Assembly: GCF_009834535.1 (NCBI RefSeq)
Contig: NC_045696.1
Location: forward strand, 35,528,001 to 35,592,000
Direction: 5' to 3'
Source of the DNA: Camelus ferus
Taxonomy: Eukaryota
Length of the DNA: 64,000 bases
Under the pieces are notes generated by a model. It ran no database searches. It was not told where the DNA came from and worked only from the letters and a program-made list of their open reading frames with translations. The translations under genes were made by a program, and so were the position numbers. Position 1 is the first letter of the stretch. Each line of letters begins with the position of its first letter. Below, piece by piece: positions 13,170 to 26,144 of the stretch.

Positions 13170-14922
13170 TCCTGACACAAGGTCACAGTGATTTTTTTGC
13201 CTATGTTTTCTTCTAGAAATTTTATAGTTTTAGATTTTTGCGATACATCTATTGTTCATTTGAATTGATTTTTGTGTTTGATACGAAGTAAGGATCAAAG
13301 TTCATTTTTTGCAAATGGCTAATTGTTTTCAGCTCTGTTAAAATATCTGTACTTTCTCCACTAAATTCTCTTTGCACCTTTGTAGAGAATCATTTGAGAA
13401 TACATGTGTGACTCTATTGCTAGACTCTGTTCTGTCCTATTAACCTATTTGTTTACCTTAATACCAACACCATACCAACTTGAATTAAGTCTTGAAATCG
13501 TTAGTGTTAGTTCTCCAACTTTGTTCTTCTCTTTCAAATTTAATTAATAGATATAGAGCTATTTAGGTTATCTTTTCCTTTTGAGTGAGCTTCCCCATTT
13601 TTATCTTTCAAGGAATTTTTTAAAATTTCATCTAAGTTGTCAAATTTATTAGAATAACATTTTTCACAGTATCTTATCTTTCTGATACTATGTGATCTGT
13701 AGTAATGTCACTTCTCTTATTTCTGATATAAGTAATTTGTGACTTCTCTTTTTTCTCATATCATGAAGTTAGTAGTTTCCAACTTTATTGACCTTCTTAA
13801 AGACGTCTTTTGATTCCATTGATATTTTTTTCATTATTTTTCTGTTTTCAGTTTTATTGATTTCAGTTTCTACTGTGATCTTAAATATTTCCTTTCCTCA
13901 ACGTATTTTTATTTAATCTGCTCTTCTTTTTTAGTTTTCGTGATGCAACCTGATGCCATTGATTTGAGACTTTTCTTTTTTCAATATAGATGCTTAGTGC
14001 TATAAATTATGTCTAAGTACTACTATATTGACATTGTCCAAATTCTAATATATGATGTTTTTATTTTCATTTGGTTCAAAATGTTTTTTAATTTAAACTT
14101 TTATTTTCCCTTTGACTCATAGGTAATTTCAGTGTATTACTTGGTTTCCAATATTTGGGGATTTTTTTTCAGAAGGCTTTCCGTTATTGTTAATTTAATT
14201 CTACTTTGGTATCAAAACAGAATTTGTTCACATGAATCTTTTAAAATTTATTCAAACTTGTTTAATAGTCCAAAACATGATCTATCTTTATAAAGATTTA
14301 GTGCAAACTTGGAAAAATATGTATTCTACCCTTATTGGGTGGAGCGTTCTATTAATGCAAGTTAGTTGGTTGATTGTGTTGGCCAATTGTGTTACTGAGT
14401 TTCTCCACACTTGTTCTATCAGTTATTGAGAAGGAGGTGTTGAAATCTCCACCTGCTAAATTGTATTTGCCTTTCATTCCTTTGTACTTCTCTCAAGTTG
14501 GTTTTCATTGAGCTCTGTGATCATGTGTCTGAACATGTATGAATGTTATGTCCTCTTGGTTAATTGACCCCTTTATCACTTTGAGATGGAGTTTTTTTAT
14601 CTTGTTAGTATTTTTTTTTTTTTTTTTTAGTTCTGAAATATCACTTGTCTGATTTAATATTGTTTTCTCAACTTTCTTTTTTCTAGTCTTGGGATATTGC
14701 ATCTTTTCTTATCCTTTTACTTTTAAGCTATGTGTGTCTGTATTTAAAGTGTGTTACTTATAAACAGCAGACAGTTTGGTCTTGCTTTTAAATTTAATCT
14801 GAAAAAAAAATCTGTCCTTTATTTGGGCTGTGTAGGCCATTCTCTTCTAAGATGATTGTGAGGCGTGAGGTTTAATCATGATCTTGCCATTTGTTTTATG
14901 TTTCTGCCTCTGTTCCTTATTT

Positions 14923-15343
14923 TTTTTTAATTTTAATTTATGAAATATTTATTTAATAGAGGAAAGTACAAAAGGTTTTTTTTTGCTATTTAATATTTTT
15001 TATTGATTTATAATCATTTTACAATGTTGTGTCAAATTCCAGTGTTCAGCACAATTTTTCAGTCATTCATGGACATATACACACTCATTGTCACATTTTT
15101 TTCTCTGTGAGTTATCATAACATTTTGTGTATATTTCCCTGTGCTATACAGTGTAGTCTATTCTACAATTTTGAAATCCCAGTCTATCCCTTCCCACCCT
15201 CCACCCCCCTGGTAACCACAAGTCTGTATTCTCTGTCTGTGAGTCTATTTCTGTCCTTTATTTACACTTTGTTTTTGTTTGTTTGTTTGTTTGTTTTTGT
15301 TTTTGTTTTTTAGATTCCACATATGAGCGATCTCATATGGTAT
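14923..15343 (-). mobile_element. Young 5'-truncated L1 3' end (camelid-type) with 12-bp TSD
   Basis: TSD tgttccttattt at 14911-14922 and 15344-15355; poly(T) tracts; L1 3'UTR motifs tttccctgtgctatacag, cccctggtaaccacaagtctgt, tttagattccacatatgag. Confidence 0.88.
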
Positions 15344-18234
15344 TGTTCCTTATTTGTTTTGACTTCTTGTTCTTTCTTCCTTTAGATTAATCCATTTTTT
15401 ATGATTCCATTTTATTTGCTTTGTTAGCTAATCAATTCTAGCTCTTCATTTTGCTATTTTAGTTTTTTTAGGATTTACTATGTAGATTTTTAGCTTATCA
15501 CTGTCTACCTTTAATTGATATTATGCCATTTCCTGTATAGTATGAGAATCTTATACTAGTATACATCCACTTCTCTCCCCCTAGACTTGAAGCTATTGAT
15601 TGCAAAAATTTTACTTTTTTACAAATGCTATAAATCTAATACAACATCATTATAAGTTTCGTTTAAAAATTCAATTATATTGCAGGAGACTTAAATATTT
15701 ACAAAAGCTTATATAATTACCAGTAAAGTCACCAATGCTGGTGCCTTCAACTCTTTATGTATATCTATATTTCTATGTAGCATCATTTTCTTTCTGCCTG
15801 AAAGGTTTCCAGTAACATTTCTTATAGTTTAAGTCTGTTGGTGATGAATACCTCAACTTTAGTTATCTGAAAAAATGTTTAGTCCACCTTAATTTTCGAA
15901 AGATACTTTCCTGGGTATAGAATTCTGAGTTTACATTTTTCCCTTTCAGTAGTTTGAAGATATTTTACTCTTTCCTTGTTCTGTGGTAAGAAATCTATTG
16001 TGTTCTCTATTTCTTTTTATGAGGTGCCATTTTCCTGTGGTTGCTTTTGAGACTGGCTCTATTACTGGTTTTGAAAAAGTTATTTATGATGTGCCTTAGT
16101 GAAGTTTGCTTTGTGTTTCTTATGAATTGGATTTATTGATCTTAGGGTGGTGTGTTTGAAGTTTTCATCAAGTTTTGAAAAGTTTTAGTCATTATTTCTT
16201 TAAATATTTTCTCCCCACAATTGGTAGCTCCAATTGCACATATATTAGGTAAATTGAAGTAGTCCTAGGGTTCATGGGTGCTCATAACCTTTTAAAAATC
16301 ATTTTCTCTGTGTTCTTTATTTTGGGTAGTTCTACTGGTATCTATTCAAGCTCATGAATCTTTTCCATCATGACATGTGACCTGATACCAATCCAATTCA
16401 GTGTATTTTTCATATCAAACATTGTAGTGTTATCACTAAAAGTTTAACTTGATTCCTTTTTATAGCTTCCATTTTATATTTAACTTTCTGAACATATAGA
16501 AGAATAATTATGTTAACTGTCCTAGTGTCCTATTACTTCTAGCATCTATAACAGTTCTGGGTTGATTTTGAATGATTGATTTTCCTCTTCATTATGAGTT
16601 GTATTTTTCTACATGCCTTGAAAATTTTTTTTTTAATTGGATGTGAATCATTGTGAATTTCTCCTTGTTGGGTCTGAATGTATTTGTATTCCTATAAATA
16701 CTCTGAGCTTTTTATGGGCCACAGTTAGGAAACTGTTTGATCCTTGTGAATTTTGCTTTTAAGATTTGTTATGTGGAAGCAGAGCAGTGTTAATTCAAGA
16801 GCTGATTATCCCTCACTACTGAGGCAAGCCACTCCTATGTACTGTACCAAGTACCCCATGAATCTCGAGGCTTTCCAGTTTGGTTGGTGGCAACAAACCT
16901 TTTTCCAAGCCCTGTGTGAGCACCAAACATGATGTCTCCAATACATTGGGGTAGTTCTTTCCCTGGCCTCAGGAAGTTTCCTCACACCTGGGCCTATCAG
17001 TACTCTGCTGAATCTGAACGGGAATCTTTCATAGCTGTCCTTTAGATCTTTCTGTGCAGCCCACTCTTGTCTGGTATTCTCTCTGAGAATTTTAGTCAGC
17101 CTGGGCTCCCTGGAACTTTGGCTCCATCTCCTCAACTCAGGGAGTTTTCTGAGCTCGGTTTGGGTCCCTCTCCTTGTCTTGCAGCCTGGAGAATCTCAAG
17201 GCAATAAGATGTTGACTGTAGCTCCCATCTCATCCATTTCCATTTTCTTAAAGACCATTGTTTTTGTTGCCTGATACTGAGTGACTTGAAACTGCCATTT
17301 CATACACTTTTGATTATTTATCTTGTTTTTTTTTTGTTTCTTATGGGATGGTAAATCCAGTCCCTGTTACTCCATCTTGGTCAAGAGCCAAAGTTGGAGT
17401 TTTGTTATGTATTCATTCTTTTAATGTTTTTAAATTATATATTAGAGGAAGACATAATATCCTATAAAATAATACATGCTATGGATTATATTAAAATTAA
17501 TAAAAGACTTGGGATATATCAATTAAATATTATAGAACAGAATAAAACAACATATGATAAACACTAAATGGATTTTAAGGACAAGAGTTCAACAAAATAA
17601 GAATTTACTGAGGATTGTACACTTAGAGACACCTTCATAGGGAAAGTATAGTGTTGGTAAATTCTCTGAGGCTGGCATGGAATATTTGGAGAAAGTCTTT
17701 CCATGCAGGTAAACACTTTTAAAATTGTGTTGTACAGAATGATCAAAGAGAGGTTATTTTAAGACAGAGGGCAATCAAGGATGATAATATGTCTGAAGAA
17801 TCATGTAAAATGTCAGATTTTAGAAACTTTAGCTGTATATTTTTACATAAAGGCAATGGTAAACTTAACATTTTTCGAATAAGTTTGTGAAAGGATGATG
17901 AAAGCCATTTTGAACAAGAATAATCAGAATGAAGTGACAGGGAAACAAATATTAGAAAAAATAGTGAAAACACTATTACACTCATCCAATTTAAATTAAT
18001 ACGTGGGTAATGAGGATGAAAAGAAAAGACAGACAGAAGAAACATTACATCCTGTAAATTGGCAATAGTTGATTGTATTCAGAAAAGAGAAGAGGGAACA
18101 TTTCTGAGATGACTGAAATTTAGATAAAAAAGCACAATGAAACTATCAAGAGGAAATAGAACATTAAGACAGCTTAGTCTGGAAAACTAAAACTAAAGTG
18201 AACCAAGGGAAAATAATGATAGAGTAATAAAATA

Positions 18235-18440
18235 ATAATAAATGGAAATATTTACTAAATTTGCAATATATGCAAGTATTTTACAAAAGTCTTTACATGG
18301 ACTACCTCATTTAATCATCACAGCATTGTTATGAGCTTCTGTGATTGTCTGCAATTTACAAATTAGTATATTGATGTCAGTCTTCTGCTCAAGGTGATGA
18401 CAATTGTTGTCCTCAAGGGACAGGATTTGAATCTCAATAT
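18235..18440 (-). mobile_element. MIR SINE
   Basis: ctttacatggactacctcatttaatcatcacagc...caggatttgaatc. Confidence 0.65.
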
Positions 18441-19091
18441 ATCTAGCTTAAGAATTTAGTTTCATGTTGGAGATAATTACTATTAAAATGATGTAACATA
18501 ATTTTAAAGAAAGCATGTTGGGCAGGAGTTTGTCTAACACTGTATACCAAACAGGAAAATAGAATTGATTTGTGCAATAGAGAGCCTGAAGGAACAATTT
18601 TGATAGCCCTAAGTAACAAACACTCACTTTTGCCTGTCTGCAATCTGAGATAGTGTTACTATGTAACTGACTGTTTCTGTATCAATTATATCAACTTTTC
18701 TCCTGGAATAAGAAGATTGCTTTATTTTTGCTGTCACCGCGTGTTTTTGCCCCTAAGCTAAACAAAGAAAGAATTTTAAACATTAATGCTAGTACTTACC
18801 AGGACTTGAACCACAGTAGATTTATGTCTTGAGTAATTGTGATTACTTCATTATGTTTATTATCTAGCTGCTCAGTAAATCTTCTAATTGACAAGACTGT
18901 TAAAGTCTCAAGACCTATAATGTCTTTCCTTTCCTCATTGGATTATTTTTTTTTCTATCAGGAAGGTAGTATTCACTCCAACTTATTTGTTTTTCTACTA
19001 TAAAAGAGGTATAGTTAATATCAACATAAAGTATTCGTGCAGCTCACTTAGCATTGTCACTGTATATAAAGTTTGAAATACTGACGACGCT

Positions 19092-19130
19092 ACACACATA
19101 CACACACACACACAGGCACACATGCATATG
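19092..19130. repeat. (CA)n microsatellite, imperfect
   Basis: acacacatacacacacacacacaggcacacatgca. Confidence 0.8.
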
Positions 19131-19159
19131 CAAGCTAAGGAGCAGAGAAAATGGGAAGA

Positions 19160-19345
19160 CTGAATTACTTGGTACCTATTATGTTCCAGGTACCATGCCA
19201 AACAGTTTTATTTAGATGACCTCATTAAATACTATGAACAGTTATCTCCATTGTCCGAAATTTACCCAATGTCACTCACGTAATAAGTTTTGGAGCCAGA
19301 ATTCAACCTTCACTGTCTGACTTGTCAGTTCAAGTTTTTAACCCT
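19160..19345 (-). mobile_element. MIR SINE
   Basis: tatgttccaggtaccatgcca...ggagccagaattcaacc...tgtctgact. Confidence 0.6.
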
Positions 19346-21724
19346 AGTGTCATAGTTCTTGGTACTAAGATATACTGAGTCAATATAGTGTCTGCCATTT
19401 ATTTTAATAAAGGAAATCCTGTGTGGTGAAGCCAGTTTTTAAAAGATGAAACCTCTTAAATAAAATGCACAGCCTATGTCTTCTTACCACATTGCCATAC
19501 CTACTCTCCCAAGACCTCTGAGTCTCTTTCCTCTCCGGCACTTTTAAGTTACCTCACCTATGAGACATGGTTATAAAGTAGTGTGTCTGCTATTTCCATG
19601 ATGGTACAAAACAAACCTTCAGAACATAGAACTCATTCTTTAAATAAATGCAAAAGCATTTGATTTTATTCAAAAGGTGAATTTTACTTTTCAGTGTGGT
19701 TAAGAATTATCCAGAGTCAAACCTGGTAGCTAAAATGAATTTCCATATAAGAAAGGCCATTTAGGGTTAAAAAAAAAAAAAAGAAAAGAAAAATGATTTA
19801 AAGCACTGAGGGAAATTTTCTCATGTGGCTCATAAAATGTCTCTTGTGACAATGTCAAGAGTTTTCAAAAATGTTTTGGCTTTCAACCACATTGTAGAAT
19901 GAATGTGCACCCTTCTTAATTTTCCACTTTTAAGCTGCCATAATAATTTGGAATGAGGTATTTTTGATAGAAAAAGTTGATAATGTTACTTATAGTAACA
20001 AAATATATATCCAGTTCTAAAAGAGAGAGATTTTGCTAAACTTACTATGAACAGAGATCAGCACATTGCTATACACCAGGGATTAATAAATGTCCCTTTC
20101 AATATTAAAATTGGGTTTTATATTAATTAAACTGAGTCACATGATAACTTGATTTACATATTTAAGTATTTGGATCTCTCCATGCTTGAGGAGGTTTGTT
20201 ATGGATTCAGCAAATATATTCACAGAATAATTTTAGTCGCCTGCATTTTAATGTATGGCAATGAATATAAATTGTTACGTGAATGGAGAGAGGTATAAAT
20301 TGAGAGTTAAGCATAAAATGCCAAAGAATATTTATTTAGAGTCAAAATCATAATCTCTTCCACAGATTTCCATGAATGGGAAAGTGCTCTCCTTTTTTAT
20401 TTCTTAAGGAGCTCAGACAGCAGAACATACCCTTGCACGGTAGTCTAGGATATTGTGATATCAGTGTTGATAAGCTCTGTAAGGGTACGTTTTTGAAACT
20501 TAGGAAAAATTATCAGGGAAATAGGAAACTGAAAATGTGATGTGGCTATTTTGTGAATATTGACCTTCTTAACTTTGGGTAAATTCAAGTAAATAAAAAA
20601 AATAAAATGTGGCTACCTCAAGACCTTAGAAAAATTGTAACCACTCAGACCAATGCAAAAACCTTGTCTGGGTATCCTATTTGGACAATTTTATTAAGTA
20701 AACAAATAAATACAATAATTATTTTAACCTGAAACAGATTTCTTGTTAGGGGACAACATAGCATTAGTCTTTTCATTTTATTTTTAAACCTATAAAATCC
20801 CCAAAGTTGTATCATACCAATTAGAACAGCAGTCCACTTAGTCCATATATTAAAGACAGTCGTATTACATACTGTAAAAATTTAAAACGTCAGTAGGTAC
20901 TGAAATCCCCCCGATGATGACATGGCTTTCCTTACAGTTCACCTGCCCGTAACGATAACCTTTTTATCTAGTTTACAACAGCCTCTCTTTATACTTTTAT
21001 TCTAGTTGAGATAAAGGAACAAAAAGGATTCTAACATTTAGCTTGCTTTGTGGAAGGTACAAAAGCCTTTTATTTCATATCCATTTGAGGAGTCTGACTC
21101 TGTCTTAACTCAGTACAAGTTGAGAATAAGGAACTGAGTAGGTGGAAATGATTAGAGAATTGCAGTCAGGAGCAAAGTGGTGAAAGATATTGTATGTGAG
21201 TGAAGAATACCATATGGGATTCATTTCATGTGCATATCATGGCTGCTTATTTTTCTAATATCCTTCTTCCCACATGTTCTAAGATATCTAAAAAAAAATC
21301 TTTGAAATGTCCTTATATTTTTTTAATGTAAAATCACAGTGGTTCCCTGCTTGCTAAAACTCTGCTAAAGTTTTGCTTTTTCCTATTGCTCTTTTACTTC
21401 TTTTGTTCTGAATGACATTAGAATTTCAAACACAACAACGGTATATGGTCCAATAGCAATATTTATTGCAGGATTATGTAAAGTAGCATTTGAACTTATT
21501 GTTTTCTCCCTGCTTTGTTTAAATTATATTTCTGGATTTTGAAAATCATTTTGCTTGATGATATTTTCCCTCCACACACTCTTTTTTTCTATTTGTAATT
21601 CCTGTAATTGCTTCTTTCTGTCTTTTGTTCACTGTTGTCTTCAGAGCTTCTTTCCAATACTAGTCTTTTAAAATATTTTCACTTTGATTCACAAGGGTGA
21701 TCTTCAAATGCACACCCTAAAATG

Positions 21725-21822
21725 TGGGAAAAGGGAAGGAAGAAAGTAAAGGAGAGAGAAAGGCAGGAAGGAAAGGAAGAAGGAAGGAAAAAAGTGAGGA
21801 GTAAGGCAGAGAAGGAAGGGAT
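21725..21822 (+). repeat. Purine-rich (GGAA/GAAG) low-complexity tract
   Basis: ~100 nt almost all A/G. Confidence 0.8.
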
Positions 21823-22559
21823 AGTTTATTAAATTGGAATAAGTTGTCCTGAATGTTTATTAGTCCTATGTATGTCTGTAAATATCAGTTCTTCACTGAA
21901 AAGAGTGAAGCAGGCAATTTAGTCCACATGTAAAAGGATATTTGAGATATATTTTCATTATCTGGGAATATCTCAAACAAGTAACCATCTCATGTTCTTT
22001 CTATTAGTCTTTATATTTGGGATCCTAAAACTAAAGCGATTTTTTTGTTGTTATGATGTGAGAAAGCGGACTTCTCACACCAAGGAGAAAGCGAGCACAC
22101 AGAGAACGTCCTCCTCTCACAAGTAGCTCAGATGTCTTTGTGCATCTCTGTGTATTTACGTCCACAGTAACCAAGGGGAGTTTAAACTTACAGTCCCTTC
22201 ATGTATTTTCTCCAAATAAGAGTAATAGCTGATCCTCTGAAGATTTACAATCAGCCACGCTTTTTCTTCCCCCTTGCTGATTTTCAAACTACTAACCGTC
22301 TTTTCCTACATTGAAAATCTGTTGAAACCCATAGAGTAGAGAACTTTAGTTCCTGCAGTATCCCTGGCCCCTGCTTTGCTACTCACATGGGTGCAAATTT
22401 CAGGGTCCTTGAGTCTTTGGAACAAACTGGGCCTTTTGATACAACTTTCATCACAAGCCCTTTCACCAGACTTCGTCTTTTAGCAACAGACTCTCCACTT
22501 CTGTCTAGTCCGCTATGAACCGTATTTTAGCCTCAGCTTTAGCCAGTCTTTCACTTCTA

Positions 22560-23170
22560 GCATCTGTTCTCAAAAGAGACGTGGTGATATTTTCAAGATT
22601 AGCCAATGCAGGTTTCTCCACTGCACTGTACCCTCCAGTGGCTCCCCTGTTTATTCAGGATAGACGCCTTCCGCTGACGCTGAACACCGTCCATAATTTG
22701 ACCCTGAGGACTTACCTCCTGTCACTCTCCCTGTTGGTTCTACCACTTGGTGTGTTGGCTCTCCTAGTACTCCTGAAATACATCTTCATCCTCGCTTATT
22801 TTTCCTGGCTGTTTACTAGGCCAGGAACAGTCTGGTTTAGGACTCTGCCTGATACTTACTCTTACTTCCTGGTCGCTTAAATCCATGGCAAGTTGACTGC
22901 TCTTTTCAAAATACTCCCTTCACACACTCTCTTACTTCTTTATCTTACCAGTTTATGCTTCATTTTTCCACATTAATGACAGTTGTATCTCATGTAAAAT
23001 ATGATTAATGTACTTATCCTGTCCATGATTGATTGTCTGTTTGCCTTTCCCTCTGCTCACTGCGCACTACAGTGTAAACTCCAAGAGGGCAGGGTTCTTT
23101 GTTTTGTTTACTGATGAGTCTCAAGTACCTTGAAAAGTTCGTGGACAGAAGTATTTGATAAATTTACAAA
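22560..23170 (+). mobile_element. L2 LINE 3' fragment
   Basis: Ends tgtaaactccaagagggcagggttctttgttttgtttactgatg..., the L2 3' terminus; explains ORF 22515-22880. Confidence 0.7.
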
Positions 23171-24349
23171 TGAGAGTGCTTCCAGCAGTGCCACGAGGTT
23201 AATGAGCACCTTAACCTGGTTACATGATTAGATTGATGTTGATCTTCTCTAGTCACATGATTAGAAGATTATTTATTTTAAAGATTATTTTTCAGTTTTC
23301 TTTTTGACTATTTAAAACTATATCGCTTAGCAATTATCATACGATGCATGACTCTCTCTTGCCTCTGGAATCATTTTTATTGTTAAAGAGTTACCCCACA
23401 TAGACTAGCCGTACTTCCCAGTTACTCACACCATTTTTTAATTTTATTATCTCTTTTCTCTTGCTGTTATTTTCCCATTTGGAATATCTGTTTCAGCCCT
23501 CTCTGTGATTTATACTTTTCAACATGATGAGCTGTTTACCATAGCATGTGAAAATTGCTGTAGTTTAAAGGAGAATATAAAGGCCAAGAAAAGTATTATT
23601 TTGCATGACAAATCAAGCCATCTGTTAATAGAAGACAGAGTTAACATGCGGTAAGTTTAGTTTTGTTCTGTGAAGATTTGTAAGGATGTTTAAAGCCCAT
23701 AAGTACCAGCAGGTTTTTTGGAACCACCACATAAAGTAGAAGGAAGAATATTAGATTTGAGACATAGGAAGGCATAGATAAAAAAGTTCTCAGTGCTACT
23801 ACTTCCTCCTAGTGTAACATAAATAGGTCACTTCATATCCCTGAAACCATATTAAATATCTTGTCTACCTCTGTGATTCAGTCATCGTACTATTTCTCTG
23901 GGGTTCTTGACTGTTAGAAGAAAAGCAACAATGTGTCTTTCCTGACCATAGTGTTGGTCACCATTTTTCCTGTTGACCATATCAGCTCATTAGTTGTTCC
24001 CACTTTCAGATCACTCTTTTCCTGGATTTGCGTCCTTCTCCTCACTATGTGTGTCCCACCAAATTCCTTCACCCGATTTAACAGTGCAGAGAATACAACT
24101 TTGGGGGAAAAAACCCTACTTACATTTCCCCCTTATTATTCTAACAAATTAGCAATAAAGTATCAGGTCAAATATAATGTAGAATAAAAATAAATTTCAT
24201 GGAAAGCTATATTCCTAGAAGGGAAGAGGTGATGAAAAAATAAGAGACTACTATTATGTGCAGTTTCCATTGATGGAATCAACTGGTACATCTTGCCAGA
24301 TGTAGCTATAAAACAGTGTGGTCACCATCCCCATCCTCATCGTCATCAT

Positions 24350-24590
24350 TACCAGTGGTTTTTGCAGGCTTACTCAGCTCCAGGCAATGTTCTAGGTACT
24401 CCACATTGACTAATGAATAACCTTAACAAACATATGAGAGAGAGTTAGGGTTTTGATTCCCACTATATAGATGAAAACCTGAGGCAGAGAAAGGTTGAGT
24501 AATCTGTTTTCGGTTAGAGAGCTTGTAAATGGTGAAGCCAGAATTCTAAATAAAATGCCTGCTTTCAAAGCCCAATTTCTTAATTACTAT
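24350..24590 (-). mobile_element. MIR SINE
   Basis: atagatgaaaacctgaggcagagaaaggttgagtaat...ttgtaaatggtgaagccagaattc. Confidence 0.75.
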
Positions 24591-26144
24591 ACTGTTTTGA
24601 TTTTATCCTACCCATTAAACTGTGGGCAAAGAATTTAGGTCACCTCAAGACAATTAACTCTATTGAAATCATCATGAAAGCAAAGTAGAGGGTGTTAGGC
24701 GACACTATGAATATTTGTGGTTAGAACAGAACTCACGTTAGCACTGGCTTTCAGGACATTTAATTTTCCTTTTTCAACCATCTTAACAAAGTATCCCAGA
24801 AAGTACTCAGCAAACATATTAAAGTCCTGAATGATAGATTATAGTTGAATTTTGGGTCAGACCTTTGGGAAACAAAGATATGGGCTGTATAATGGCAGTG
24901 AAATTAATGATATAAAACTCAGGTCTGATGGATTAGAAGACTCCCTGGCTTTTCCAGGTCAGTTCACCTAAGCTCAGTCTCGCCATCCGTTCATAGCAAA
25001 TTGTGAGTAATCCTCAGAAAAGCCCCATGGGCTTGGTCTGTTTGGTCTTAACCTTGCTGTGGTTTGGCTAGGCTGAAAGCTGAGAGTAAAAAGCTGTGTC
25101 TTCCACTACTTGTCAAGTGATACTTGCCAACTGTGAAGTTGGTCCTCTTTGAATATGACATAATCCTTTCTAGATGAAGCACTGTTCAGGGTTTCTTTGG
25201 TTAGGAACAAAGAAATAAGTCTCAGAATTGAAAAACGATCACATGAAAATTGTTGTCTGTTCTTCTCACATTTCAAAATGGTAGACCTATACTTATAATT
25301 TCAAATTTCAGGGAATAATAATTTGGCATTAAATTTTATAATAATATATGTATAGTGCTGTAAGGGGCTACTTTCTCCTTGTGTCAGGAAGTATGATGAA
25401 TTCCAGTTTCCCTAATGCATTGTCAATAGCATAGGTTTTTAGTCTGTGTTTATATTGTACCTGAGATTGCTTAAACCTAGATACACTAAAATAATAATGA
25501 TGATGATGACAACAAATGATAAGCTAACATGAACATGGAAATAAAAAACTCCTTAAGTCTCTTGAACAGTTTTAAGAGGCAAACAGAATTCTTGGTAGCC
25601 AAAATCCCTGAGCAGTTTTGGGATAGCCTTGGGATTTTCAAGTACAGAGTCCTAACTCAAAGAATTGTGGATCATTAAACCTAATGACGACCAAAGAAAG
25701 CAAAAGCCACAACATAAATTACTAGGAAAATAGAGGAGTGTCTGAAGATACACACAAGGTAACAGTTTTAATTATTCAGGTGGTGGTGTTAATAGACTAG
25801 TTAAAAGCATAGAAAAACACAGAAGCTTAATCATACAAGATACTGTTTTAAGTAAGACACATACACAGTTACTAAAATAGTAACCATGCTTATATGTGTC
25901 AGATTAGGGGTCCTCTTATTTTGGCTGTTTGCTTGTTTTAACTTTCTTTCATTTACTTTCCAAATTTCCTTAATATGATAAGTTTAATCACATAAGATAA
26001 ATGGAATTTAATGAAAGATACAATAGCATCTAGGAGTTTTTGAATTTAAAATCGATTCCTTCGAGTGTGATGATTAAAAGAATATTGATTGCTTGAGTCA
26101 TCTAATGAAGTCTTGGTAATGTTTAATGTTTTTGGCCTCAGTGA

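Larger units (their letters stand above)
12160..17395 (-). mobile_element. Ancient L1 (L1M-class), internally deleted, running from its 5' end (~17395) into 3' ORF2 (~12160); interrupted by two younger insertions
   Basis: Reverse L1 ORF2 motifs (ttttacattcccgccagcagtgtatgag; tttaaattttgatgaagtccaatttgtc). ORF 14505-14702 gives endonuclease-like VIKGSINQEDIT. Far end reads CCAAGATGGAGTAACAGGGACTGGATTTACC on the minus strand, like old L1 5' termini. Confidence 0.8.

Noticed and set aside
22515..22880. Hydrophobic 121-aa ORF resembling a membrane protein
   Set aside because: Pyrimidine-rich L2 sequence gives Leu/Ser/Phe-rich chance ORFs.
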